Source: Candidatus Binatia bacterium
GTDB taxonomy: Bacteria; Desulfobacterota; Binatia; Bin18
NCBI GenBank assembly: GCA_963666315.2
Contig: CAXXHG010000015.1
Span: 160,001 to 224,000 of the forward strand
Reading direction: 5' to 3'
Length of the DNA stretch: 64,000 bases
The notes under the pieces are model-generated. The model made no database searches and was not told where the DNA came from. It saw only the letters and a program-made list of their open reading frames with translations. Shown here piece by piece: positions 10,043-19,904 of this stretch. Position 1 is the stretch's first letter. The number at the start of each line of letters is the position of its first letter. The translations under genes and the position numbers were made by a program.

Positions 10043-12808
10043 ATGCGGAAGCTGCTGATTATTAGCGCGGTTCTTCTGGTTATAACGGGATTGGTGGTCT
10101 TTGCTCTCACCAACCTCAACAGCCTGATCGCCGGCAATAAAGACCGAATTCTGCAGCAAGTCGAACACATATTAGGCCGCGAGGTCGAGATTCAAGAAAT
10201 TGGAGTTACCGTGTGGGGCGGGATTGGAGCACGCCTGACTCAGTTCCGTATCGCAGAGGATCCAGCATTTTCTCCCGACGACTTTATCAGTGCCAACGAT
10301 CTCCAGGTCAATGTTGCCCTCTTGCCGCTGCTCTCACAAGAAATTCAGGTCACGCGCATCATCCTCCACCAGCCGCGCATTCAGATTATTCGGAACGAAC
10401 AGGGCCAGTTCAACTTCGCTAGCCTCGCCCAGGGAGGTCAAGCCGCCCAGGAGGCTGCTCCGGCTGACAGCGCAGAATCATCCTCCGAATCGTCCTCGGC
10501 ATCGGCCTCCGCTGCCATTCCCCTGCTCATCGCATTAGTTGATATCGAAGGTGGCGCCGTGCGCTATATCGACAAACAGGACGGATCTGATTTTAGCGTC
10601 ACGCAGCTTGACCTTCGAGCAAATGATTTGAGTCTGGATCAACCCGTTTTTATCAAACTCGCCGCCGCCGTTCTGGCTGAACAACAAAACGTTGCTATTG
10701 AGATCCAAGTCGGGCCAGTCGGTCCCGCGCTTGAGAATGCCGATCAGATCCCACTTAAGGGAACGGCGGCGCTCAACCAGCTTGACCTTGAGACGCTGCG
10801 AAAAGCTCTGCCCCAAATCGCGCAGCAAATACCACCCGGGCTAGGCACCTCAGGTCCGATCAATCTCAAGGCAGACTTTGCCGGTCGAGTTGGAGCGGTC
10901 GATCTTTCGAATATAGATCTGCAGGCAACGGTCTTTGATGCAAACGAGCCGAATATCCAGGTTACCGGCAGCTTTGGACCGGTCGGTGCGGAAGTGGCAA
11001 ACCCAGTCGAAGAGAGTAACCTGGATGTAGACGTCTCCTTCGGGCCGGTTGCACTTGAGCGTCTCCAAAAGTTCGGGCCGCTCGCCGGCAAACTTCCGCC
11101 GGATCTCAGCCTCGGGGGACCTATATCAGTCACTGCCCATGCAAGCGGCACGCCCAAGAATTTCGCCCTGACCAGTCTGATCGAAGCCAGCAGTAGTGCC
11201 ATTCGCTTTGGTGAGCTATTGACCAAGCCGAGCGGCACCAGCTTCGCACTCACCACCCAAGCCCGTGTGACTCCAGAGGCAGTGAGCTTCCAGGAGGTCA
11301 AACTGAACTTCCACACGCTTGAGCTGACGGCGAGGGGTACTATCGGACCGGGCAATCCTCCGACGCTTGATATCACTCTCGACTCGAATCAAGTCGAACT
11401 CGGGGACCTCCAGCCTCTCCTGCCGCTCCTCCATGCATATGGGCTCAGCGGGAACTTCGAAACCCATATGAAGATTGCGGGGCAGCTGGACGCTGACACG
11501 GTCCCTCAGATTAACGGCACGATCAGTCTCCGAAACGGCGGCGCAACGATTGCCCAACTCGCACAGCCTGTAACCGACATGCAGACGTCCATCACCTTCA
11601 CCGGACAGGGCGCTCAGCTCACGAACACCTCTGCGCGTATCGGACAATCCCAAGTCCAACTCGACGCACATCTTGAACAATTCAAGCCACTCAAACTGCA
11701 GTATGAATTAAATGCACCACTGCTCAGAATGGCGGATCTACAATCCGCGGACTCGCCTGGGGACCCAGAAGATGCGCTCCAGGGTATCCAGGCAACGGGA
11801 CGTGCCTGGATGCAGGGAGACGAGCTACGGCACGAAGGGAAACTGACGTCTAAACAAGGCAGCGTAGCACAGATTGCCTATACTGACTTCCAGCTGGTTA
11901 CCTCGTTGGCCAACCAGATAGCCAAGATCGACAGCTTCAAGGTCCAAGCTTTTCAGGGGACGATTCAAGGCACTGGGCAATATGCCTTTGGAACGGATCA
12001 GCCCCAGTTTTCCGTGACCTCCCAGGTGACAGCTCTCAATCTCACACAACTCTTTCGTGCAGCCCTGCCCCTCAGCGATCAAATGGTCCAAGGCATCGCT
12101 TCCCTCGACGTCAGCCTATCAGGGCGTGGCCAGACCTGGGACGACATCAAACCCACAGTACAAGGCCGGGGAAAGGCCGAAATTGTGGACGGCGCGGTGT
12201 TAGATCTCAATATTGCTGAAGGCGTGCTGTCCGGCTTAACGGGCATTTCCGGGCTGTCGTTCGCAATTTCTCCGACGGTCCGTGATAAATATCCGGCGAT
12301 TTTCACCTCTGCCCATACCGAGTTTGATGAACTCAAGAGCCGCTTCTCCCTCAGCGATAGTAAAATCAATCTTGACAGTCTACGCATTGCTGCGCGTGAT
12401 TTCATGATGCAGGGGGCGGGCTGGCTGGATTTTGATCAGCACGTCGACCTAAGGGCGACACTCGCACTCTCCAAAACCCTTTCTGCTGACATCATCAAGG
12501 GTACCAAGGAGATAAAATATATAGCCAATGAAGAGGATCGCTTGGAACTCCCCTTTGCCCTGCGCGGCATAATGCCGGGTGTCACACCGACCCCTGACGC
12601 TGCCTACCTCGGCACTCTGCTCCAACGAGCCGCAACCAACGCGCTGCAGGAAAGGCTGCTCGATAAATTCCTACCCACGACAAGAGAAGACTCTCCGCAG
12701 CAAAAAGCCTCAGGTGCCGGGCAGACGAAAGGAACGTCTCAAAAGAGAAAACCGAGCCTCCAAGAACAGCTTATACAGAAGGGGCTCGACTCGCTGTTTG
12801 GACGATAG
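10043..12808 (+). CDS. AsmA family protein
   Basis: N-terminal TM anchor followed by LGREVEI...LQVNVALLPLLSQEIQV...IIRNEQGQFNF. Long beta-rich body and AsmA-like C-terminus. Confidence 0.85.
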   Translation: MRKLLIISAVLLVITGLVVFALTNLNSLIAGNKDRILQQVEHILGREVEIQEIGVTVWGGIGARLTQFRIAEDPAFSPDDFISANDLQVNVALLPLLSQEIQVTRIILHQPRIQIIRNEQGQFNFASLAQGGQAAQEAAPADSAESSSESSSASASAAIPLLIALVDIEGGAVRYIDKQDGSDFSVTQLDLRANDLSLDQPVFIKLAAAVLAEQQNVAIEIQVGPVGPALENADQIPLKGTAALNQLDLETLRKALPQIAQQIPPGLGTSGPINLKADFAGRVGAVDLSNIDLQATVFDANEPNIQVTGSFGPVGAEVANPVEESNLDVDVSFGPVALERLQKFGPLAGKLPPDLSLGGPISVTAHASGTPKNFALTSLIEASSSAIRFGELLTKPSGTSFALTTQARVTPEAVSFQEVKLNFHTLELTARGTIGPGNPPTLDITLDSNQVELGDLQPLLPLLHAYGLSGNFETHMKIAGQLDADTVPQINGTISLRNGGATIAQLAQPVTDMQTSITFTGQGAQLTNTSARIGQSQVQLDAHLEQFKPLKLQYELNAPLLRMADLQSADSPGDPEDALQGIQATGRAWMQGDELRHEGKLTSKQGSVAQIAYTDFQLVTSLANQIAKIDSFKVQAFQGTIQGTGQYAFGTDQPQFSVTSQVTALNLTQLFRAALPLSDQMVQGIASLDVSLSGRGQTWDDIKPTVQGRGKAEIVDGAVLDLNIAEGVLSGLTGISGLSFAISPTVRDKYPAIFTSAHTEFDELKSRFSLSDSKINLDSLRIAARDFMMQGAGWLDFDQHVDLRATLALSKTLSADIIKGTKEIKYIANEEDRLELPFALRGIMPGVTPTPDAAYLGTLLQRAATNALQERLLDKFLPTTREDSPQQKASGAGQTKGTSQKRKPSLQEQLIQKGLDSLFGR

Positions 12809-13007
12809 GATTTCAACCCTCTTAAAGAAGGGAGGTCATCAACCGAATTAGAGAATAATCCTAACTGGACTTTCAGTAGCTAATATCGGCCATGAATAAA
12901 ACATGTTTTCTAAAACTATTTTATTTAAAGGCTCTAGATCTGGTATAGTAAGGGCAAGGCCTTTCCCCTCGATTCGGTAGTAGTATGAGGCTATGGGGAG
13001 GATAAAA

Positions 13008-13430
13008 ATGGAGAATGAATCAGGAGACGAGCCTATAGCCTGGCATTTTCTGGTAAAAGATTTCTAAGACTACGCTGAAAATATAGAATCTGTGTCCATC
13101 CACTATGCATACGCTGTGCATACAGCTAGTCCGGAATGGGCTACAGCCAAGCACGTTCAAAACATGCCCGTTGTTCTCCGGCCCTCCTGTTCTCCAGATC
13201 AGGATCCGAGCGAGCTGCGTTCGTGGGGGCTGTCCACATCAGCCGTTGTCCGCCAGCGAAGCACAACACTAAAACTTCCGCTCCGCCACGCCGCATAGAG
13301 AGTTGCCTCCTGCCCCCTTAGCCTGTGGTAGGCATTCATTTGTGTCACCCAGGCGACACAATCAACACAATACTCAATACAAACTCCGCTTTTCGTCACC
13401 TATGTGACGAACTTTTTGTTGCCTCTCTAA
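13008..13430 (+). pseudogene. Degraded hypothetical gene with in-frame stops
   Basis: Strong RBS GGGGAGG before ATG 13008. Reads MENESGDEPIAWHFLVKDF*DYAENIESVSIHY..., with TAA at 13065-13067 in frame with ORF 13092-13298 and further in-frame stops to TAA 13428-13430. Confidence 0.5.
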
Positions 13431-13819
13431 ACTTCGCGCAGTAGTATGCCCTTCCAACTAACACAAGCAAACGAACCCGCGACTCTGCCGCGGGTTGCTG
13501 CTTAGGCGACTGCGGGCTTTCCTCTTAAAGCTCCTTAGGGATCTGATTCCCTCGCCCCAGTCGCTGCTCAGCGCTAAAATTCTTCACGTCCAGCAGCATC
13601 CGCATCCCAGCTCTGCTTGTCCTCAAACCATGCACACCGGTAAGATGCTACCCCAGTCGTTGGGACGATTGTATCTGAGAACAACCGTCACCTTGAAGGT
13701 CCCCCCTCAACCTATCGCCGCTCTCTTCCCGCAAGGCTAAGTACTAACCATCGGTCTTCTCTGTCAACATACAAAGTGATATTGCTGCTTTATCCTGATG
13801 TTCCCGAGGTCTACCTCTG

Positions 13820-14311
13820 ATGCTAAATTTTTGCGCGCGACTCAGGCTCATTTCCTTCACCTTGAGTTTTCTTCTCTATTCTTCGGGAGCTTTCGCCAAT
13901 GAAGATGCCAAGGAAGATATGGACGCGCTCAAAGCTGAATTCAATGCGCAAATCGAAGCGCTCAACAACCGGGAACTTGAAGCATCCGTGGTCTCTGCTC
14001 ATGCTGAGATCGTTCTATACGGCATTTTCTGTCCTTTCCCTGTGAATGGGAAAGCCGACTTCAAAAAAGCAGTCCAGCCGTATTTTGGACAATATGAAGC
14101 GGCGGAGCTGTCTCCGGTCACACCCCAGTTCCGCATTGTCGGCACCACAGGCCTAGCCTGGGGCCATTATCATCTCGCGGCCACACCGCAAGGCGGCAGA
14201 CTGACCTATGCCCACGGTCGGTATCTCTTTACCTACGTCAAGGTTGCCGGCAAATGGCTCGTGCTCGGCATGGATTACTCCCCGCTTGAGTCCTATAGAT
14301 TCGCTCCATAA
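13820..14311 (+). CDS. Secreted NTF2-like / SnoaL / DUF4440 protein
   Basis: Signal peptide ending AFA. NTF2-like pattern with GRYLFTYVKVAGKWLV. Confidence 0.75.
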   Translation: MLNFCARLRLISFTLSFLLYSSGAFANEDAKEDMDALKAEFNAQIEALNNRELEASVVSAHAEIVLYGIFCPFPVNGKADFKKAVQPYFGQYEAAELSPVTPQFRIVGTTGLAWGHYHLAATPQGGRLTYAHGRYLFTYVKVAGKWLVLGMDYSPLESYRFAP

Positions 14312-14641
14312 TCCCCGCTTGTCCAGCACTGCTCCAGACGAGAGGTTGCCTTCTCTCCTGGCCCCATTCTCAGCAGTGAAATGAACTGAGGCAGTGTCAT
14401 GTCAGTAGGCAAGTCCGGGGCTTCACCCTCAGAGTGCCGGTTCCAGGCTAAATCTGAGCCGAAACTAGGCACGCGTCCCTCAGGCCGCTCGTGCGAGAGG
14501 ACCAATGCCGGACTGCTGAATCAATACACACAACACAAACAATTCACGAACAATTCACAAAATTGTTACCCAGGTGACACAAAACACATATAGAGAAGAA
14601 GAAACGTACTCTTCAGTCACATAGGTGACACCGTTTTTCTT

Positions 14642-14653
14642 TGCAGTGCAGAT
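14642..14653. promoter_or_regulatory. Candidate PhaR-type operator upstream of phaC
   Basis: TGCAGTGCAGAT is a TGC-N3-GCA motif of the kind bound by PhaR repressors and lies about 70 bp before the phaC ATG. Confidence 0.35.
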
Positions 14654-14724
14654 CGAGCGGTTTATCTTAGTCTAAGATCATCACACTGCAGTCATAATCT
14701 TATTAACCCAAGGAAGGTGAAGAC

Positions 14725-15809
14725 ATGTCGCTACTCAGCGACGTTACAAAATATTGGATGGAAGGTACGGTCCGGTCGCTCGAAGGCTGGCGGCGTGGAT
14801 TAATGGATACATATCCTGTGGAGGAAGACCCCACGCCGACAACGCCTTATAATGTCGTATACGAAGGCGGCATGATTCGCCTGCGGCATTACCCTACGCA
14901 AGGCCAACGTCTGCACACGCCCTTACTCCTCACGTATTCACTCATCAAGCGACCGTTTATCCTGGATCTGCTGCCTGGCCGAAGCGTCGTGGAAACTCTC
15001 ACCAAGTAAGGGGTCGAAGTCTATTTCATTGACTGGATTCCGCCTACACGCAGCGATAGCTGGCGAGGCTTTGACGCGTATGTGAACGGCGACTTGGCCA
15101 ATGCCTACCGGACCATTCAGGAGCGGGAGGCAGTCACTCAGGTCACGCTTTTGGGTTATTGTTTTGGCGGTCTCCTCACCACCCTGTATGCAGCACTCTA
15201 CCCGAGCCATATCAAAAACCTGGTGAACCTCACGCTGCCGCTGGACATGAGTGTTCGTGAACACCCTACCCAAGAATCAATGAGTAAGATCCCAGCCAAG
15301 ACCATCGAGCTGATGACGACCGTCTATGGAAATTGCCGGCCTGGTTTATGAAAGCCAATTTTGAGGCGATGGCCCCCGTGCATCACGCGCTCGATAAATA
15401 TGTCGGTTTGTATCGCACTAAAGATAAAAAAGGCTACACCCAGATGTTCGAGCTATTTGAGCGCCGGATGAACAGTGATGTGCCTATGGCCGGTCAGATT
15501 TTTAAAGAACTGACCGGTGATGTTTCGCGCCGGAACCTGATTATGAAAAATAAGATGCAGATCGGCCAGCGTACGGTCAATCTCAAAAACGTCACCTGTC
15601 CCGTGCTCAACGTCATCGGCGAGCACGATGACGTTGTCCATCCCAAATCCAGCCTGCCCCTCACGGACCTAATCGGGAGCACTGATGCGCATACCATTAT
15701 GTTCCCGACCGGCCACATCGGGGCAGCCGTCAGCTCCAGCGCACAGAAAAAGCTCTGGCCACAGGTGGTGTCCTGGCTGCGAGAACGCGACGAAACAGTC
15801 GGGCACTAA
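14725..15809 (+). pseudogene. phaC: Class III-like polyhydroxyalkanoate synthase, disrupted
   Basis: PLLLTYSLIKRPFILDLLPGRS, lipase box GYCFGG, Asp in EHDDVV and His in TGHIG. In-frame TAA at 15007-15009 and a 1-nt deletion near 15337. Confidence 0.88.
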
Positions 15810-15981
15810 GCACCTCTCACACCACCGGCCTCTTTTGCGTCTTGTCTTGAAGCAGGAAGCTACGCCAGACGGGGGCCAGCACTAAAAGTCCACTTTATGC
15901 TTGACACAAGCGCAAGGGCGGGTTTATCAAATAGGATTTGAGGCTCCCTACAGCAACTTTACGTCTGAGGAGGAAAATCGT

Positions 15982-16551
15982 ATGGTACCGGCAAGAGAAG
16001 TTCACTCCGCCGCCTATCCTGGTGATGGATTCTTAGAGGAAGAACAGACGATGGAGGAGCTTATCGCCCCACCTCGAAAAAGCCTGGACGCCAACCTCTT
16101 GCATCAACCGATTAGCATTCTGTCGTATGTGCCGCCCGTCTGTGTCACACAAGACACGACGATTACTATGGCTACGCATCTCATGCAAGAGAATAGGGTC
16201 GGCTGTGTCCTGATCCAAGACACAGTCCAGATTCTTGGCATCTTTACGGAACGCGACCTCTTGAATCGTGTTCTTGGGGCGGGGCGGGACGTCGATCAAA
16301 CGACCGTGGGCAGTGTGATGACACCGGATCCAGAAACTCTCCCCATTGACGCAGCCATCGTATTTGCACTGAATCTTATGGGAGAAGGCGCATTTCGCCA
16401 TCTCCCCCTCGTCAATGATGAGGACCGTCCGGTTGGCATGCTGTCCGCGAAGCACATCGTTCAGTATCTGACAGAGTTTTTTTCCGAGGAAGTGCTCAAC
16501 CTTCCGCCACGTCCCAATTTGCTTCATCCTGGACAGCGCGAGGGGGCCTGA
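15982..16551 (+). CDS. CBS-pair domain protein
   Basis: GIFTERDLL, VMTPDPET and FRHLPLV motifs. RBS GAGGAGG before ATG 15982. Confidence 0.9.
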   Translation: MVPAREVHSAAYPGDGFLEEEQTMEELIAPPRKSLDANLLHQPISILSYVPPVCVTQDTTITMATHLMQENRVGCVLIQDTVQILGIFTERDLLNRVLGAGRDVDQTTVGSVMTPDPETLPIDAAIVFALNLMGEGAFRHLPLVNDEDRPVGMLSAKHIVQYLTEFFSEEVLNLPPRPNLLHPGQREGA

Positions 16552-16639
16552 GGTCTAGAGTGCTGCGCTGACTCGGGGTTGGTAGTTGATAATGATGGGG
16601 AAGAAGACGCCGGTCCAGGTAGGTTCGTTGCTACTACCG

Positions 16640-17507
16640 TTATCGCACGTACAGCGCCATATCCGCCTTGCCTATCAGGTCCTCAATGGACATGGGCGTC
16701 TTGGGGTCGAAGAGTGCCACCCCAAGACTACCCGAAATCTGGTAGGGACGCGGATCTTTGACGTTGCGGGCGACAAGTTGGCTCTGTAAGCGGTTGGCAA
16801 TAATCTGCCCACTGTCTCGTGCGGCCGCTACTACCAAGGCAATGAATTCGTCCCCCCCAAAGCGGCCAAGAATATCCGAGCGCCGAAAGGTCGTCCGCAA
16901 CACATCCGCCACTGCGACCAAGGCCCGGTCACCTTCTTGATGTCCGAATGTATCGTTAATCTTCTTCAGTCCATCTAGGTCAACCAAGGCGAGGACTAAG
17001 CCCTGCTGCGTACGTTGGGCAATTTTAAGTTGCTGTTCGGTCAGTGTCTGAAAGCCACGACGTTTTTACAGACCTGTCAACTCATCGATTAAAGACAAGC
17101 ACTGTAATGTAGCATAGCGATGATGGCGTGCGATCGCATTCCGCACGGTGTTTTCTATGAAGATACTGAGACTTTCTTGTTCCTTGATCAAGTAATCCTG
17201 GGCACCGTGGTGCACGGCTTCGAGCACCAATTCTTCATCCTCTGCTTCAGCCAGCGATCACGATAGGCAGATTCGGCGGTACGGATAAAATCCGCGTCAT
17301 ACCGTCCAAGCTGCGACCATCCCGCAACTTCAGATCTAACAGAACAACGTCGATACCGCCGGCCATAATGCGCTCTAGCTCTGCATTGAACCGGGTCACA
17401 TGTAGGCAAGCAAAGGCAGACGAAGCATGGGACAGTGTCTCACGAATCCGGAATGCATCCGGTGTACTCTCCTCGACTAAGAGTACTGAGATCGGTCGCC
17501 CTGTCAT
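16640..17507 (-). pseudogene. REC-GGDEF diguanylate cyclase, disrupted
   Basis: REC part (VLLVEE...VLLDLKL...GAQDYLIK) has a frameshift near 17250. Then LIDELTGL*KRRGF with TAA at 17066-17068, followed by DLDGLKKINDTFGH and GRFGGDEF. Confidence 0.88.
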
Positions 17508-17817
17508 TCCGCTTAGAATGCTCCCAGATTGTGATAGCCCTAGGGGCAACAGGGGGATCTCCCTGGCTTAATACTATGTTTCCGCTCGGGCCAAAACCCC
17601 TCAAAACACTTACAGATGCTTGAGCTTTATTCATGACGGAGAGATGACCTACAAGTCAATAGTCCGCCTCGACGACCAATGCCCGGCGAATGCCATTCGG
17701 AGGTCGCCGCCGCTTGCTGCTCTCAAGATACTCTTACGTCGCGCTATAGATATATCAGTAGATATATCGGTCCAATTTCTCCTTCCGCCCGTACTGTTTA
17801 TACAAGGAGGCGAAAGT

Positions 17818-18273
17818 ATGGCGAGGCAGAACGGTTTGGTGATCGGCAGGGCACCTGACTTGGCTATCGAATCGCAGTCAACATTTCTGACCGCGCTCGG
17901 CCACATATACTGCCAACAAGGAGAGAAACGCTTAATGCTCGCCGTTCTCAAGGACGCCGCGACGTGTGTGGAGCGGTATTATCGGATTGATAATCATTCC
18001 AGTCGGCCAGCATACCGGGCCGCCTTAGATTGGATCTTATCTCAAGACCAGCGCTGGCCGTTTTCATTTGAGAATATTTGTCTGACTCTCGATTTTGATC
18101 CCGTCCAAGTTCGAGCGGCGTTGCTCTCTGCAAATTATGCCCCCAACGGAACACGCCAGGTATGTAGGGCTTCGGGTGAAATACGGACTGGTCGTTCCCA
18201 AATGAGGACGGCCAGACCGATGAACAGAGTCGCTTCTCCGAGCGGCGAACCATGCATAGCCCGCCATTCTTGA
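17818..18273 (+). CDS. Conserved hypothetical protein (GEKRLMLAVL...WPFSFENIC family)
   Basis: RBS AAGGAGG before ATG 17818. The motifs are recognised from a hypothetical family I associate with Ca. Binatia and related lineages (recollection, not searched). Confidence 0.6.
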   Translation: MARQNGLVIGRAPDLAIESQSTFLTALGHIYCQQGEKRLMLAVLKDAATCVERYYRIDNHSSRPAYRAALDWILSQDQRWPFSFENICLTLDFDPVQVRAALLSANYAPNGTRQVCRASGEIRTGRSQMRTARPMNRVASPSGEPCIARHS

Positions 18274-18316
18274 GTCTCCGGGCGCTGCACGTGCGCATTG
18301 CCCCAGCGTAGAGATG

Positions 18317-19360
18317 CTATTTGTTGAACAGTCTCTCCTCGCTCGTTTTCTTTAACTCGCCTATTTCCTGTTCAAGTTCACGCACCCGGCGCAACAGCCC
18401 AGGCAGCTTGGGAAGAGCGGCGGAGTAACGTCGCCAGGAGAGGACATTCACTGCAGGGTAGCCACCGATGGTACTATTGGCGGCTACGTCGTTTGGGATC
18501 CCGCTTTGGGCAACCACCCTGGAGTTCTCTCCCACCGTCAGATGTCCAGCCACACCGACCTGTCCGCCGAGTTGTACGTGATCCTCTAGCGTCGTGCTGC
18601 CGGCGAGGCCTACCTGTGCAGCTAAAAAGGCAGACTCGCCGATATCAGATCCATGACCAATCTGGACCAGATTATCAATTTTTGTCCCCCTTCGTACCCG
18701 CGTTGTCCCCATGGTCGCTCGATCAATGGTCGTGTTTGCCCCAATTTCGACTCCGTCTTGGAGTTCAACCGTACCGGCTTGCGGCTTAGAGATAATGGAC
18801 CCATCAGCCATGGGGACGTAGCCAAAACCGTCTCCACCAACGACCACACCGCTCTGCAGTACGACGTTGTTACCGATCAGCACACGCTCACGAACCACTG
18901 CTCCGGCATGGGCGATAAAATCATTGCCTATCTGCGCCTGGGGATAAATCACGACGTGAGCAAAGAGCCGGACGTAATCGCCAATCACCACGTCGTCGTC
19001 GATCACCACATACGGACCAATCGACGCATGCTCACCGAGGCGGGCTGATGGTGCAATGACGGCTGTGGGATGGATACCTTCCGGCGGAACGTAGGGAGGA
19101 TAGAACCAACCCAGCACTTGCGCGACCGCCAGGTCAGGGTTTTCCGTTCGGAGAGACGGCAATGCTACCGTAGGGGCATCGGTCGGGAGAATGACAGCAG
19201 CCGCCCGGGTAGCGGGCAATTTTGCAAAGTATTTTTTATTAGCGACGAACGTCAGATCTTCGGGCCCGGCTTCATCTATCGTCTTCATTCCTGCAATCGG
19301 AAGGTCTCCATTCCCCTGCAGCTTACATTCCAAGCGTGCTGCGATTTCAGACAGTTTCAT
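18317..19360 (-). CDS. lpxD: UDP-3-O-acylglucosamine N-acyltransferase
   Basis: Hexapeptide repeats with GGDGFGY, EIGANTTIDRA, KIDNLVQIGH and AAQVGLAGS. Confidence 0.96.
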   Translation of the reverse strand: MKLSEIAARLECKLQGNGDLPIAGMKTIDEAGPEDLTFVANKKYFAKLPATRAAAVILPTDAPTVALPSLRTENPDLAVAQVLGWFYPPYVPPEGIHPTAVIAPSARLGEHASIGPYVVIDDDVVIGDYVRLFAHVVIYPQAQIGNDFIAHAGAVVRERVLIGNNVVLQSGVVVGGDGFGYVPMADGSIISKPQAGTVELQDGVEIGANTTIDRATMGTTRVRRGTKIDNLVQIGHGSDIGESAFLAAQVGLAGSTTLEDHVQLGGQVGVAGHLTVGENSRVVAQSGIPNDVAANSTIGGYPAVNVLSWRRYSAALPKLPGLLRRVRELEQEIGELKKTSEERLFNK

Positions 19361-19453
19361 AGTCTTACTCCCCCTGCGGCTTTCATTTTGAGAGGCGCCG
19401 GCTTGTCAAATACGGTATGGTGCCATATGTAGCAAAGACGCAAGAGAACGCCT

Positions 19454-19707
19454 ATGCGTTGCTTCACACTCCGACATTGTGGGTGGTGGTGGTTGGTAGC
19501 CGTGTGGCTCTCGGGGTGCTCACAGTGGGCGACGCCTGCCCTTGCCCTCCTGCGGCCATCCCTCCCTGCGGTTCACTATGTCAAGCCGACCACCCCAAGG
19601 CGGTGGTCGGCTTGACCCAGAATGCTGTTGACGCACTCCAAGAGCGTAATCTCCGTTGGCAACAATACGTTGAATTTCTAGAGCAGCGTTTGCAAGGGGG
19701 TCGGTAA
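19454..19707 (+). pseudogene. Small lipoprotein, frameshifted
   Basis: MRCFTLRHCGWWWLVAVWLSG-C lipobox and a Pro-rich segment. After a 1-nt deletion near 19586 it continues DHPKAVVGLTQNAVDALQERNLRWQQYVEFLEQRLQGGR*. Confidence 0.55.
19580..19616. repeat. Perfect 15-bp inverted repeat with 7-nt loop
   Basis: GTCAAGCCGACCACC-ccaaggc-GGTGGTCGGCTTGAC. Confidence 0.9.
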
Positions 19708-19904
19708 GCCAACTGTATTTTTTTCGGAGGAAGGTTAGAAGATGAGATGTTTGGCTGTCGCCAGTAGCCGCCTATGGTAGGAAATCCGTTTACTTCCAGC
19801 CATAAGCGTGGCAGCTTCCAGCGGTCTGCGCAGACAGTAAAACGTAGTGCGAAAATATGCAAAAGACGGAAAATCCGAATAACACGGAGTCACAAAAGGA
19901 TCTT

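Noticed and set aside
13520-13740. DUF2158-like remnant on the minus strand (GGP...VTV...YRCAWFED)
   Set aside because: Needs several frameshifts and has no credible start; too weak without a search.
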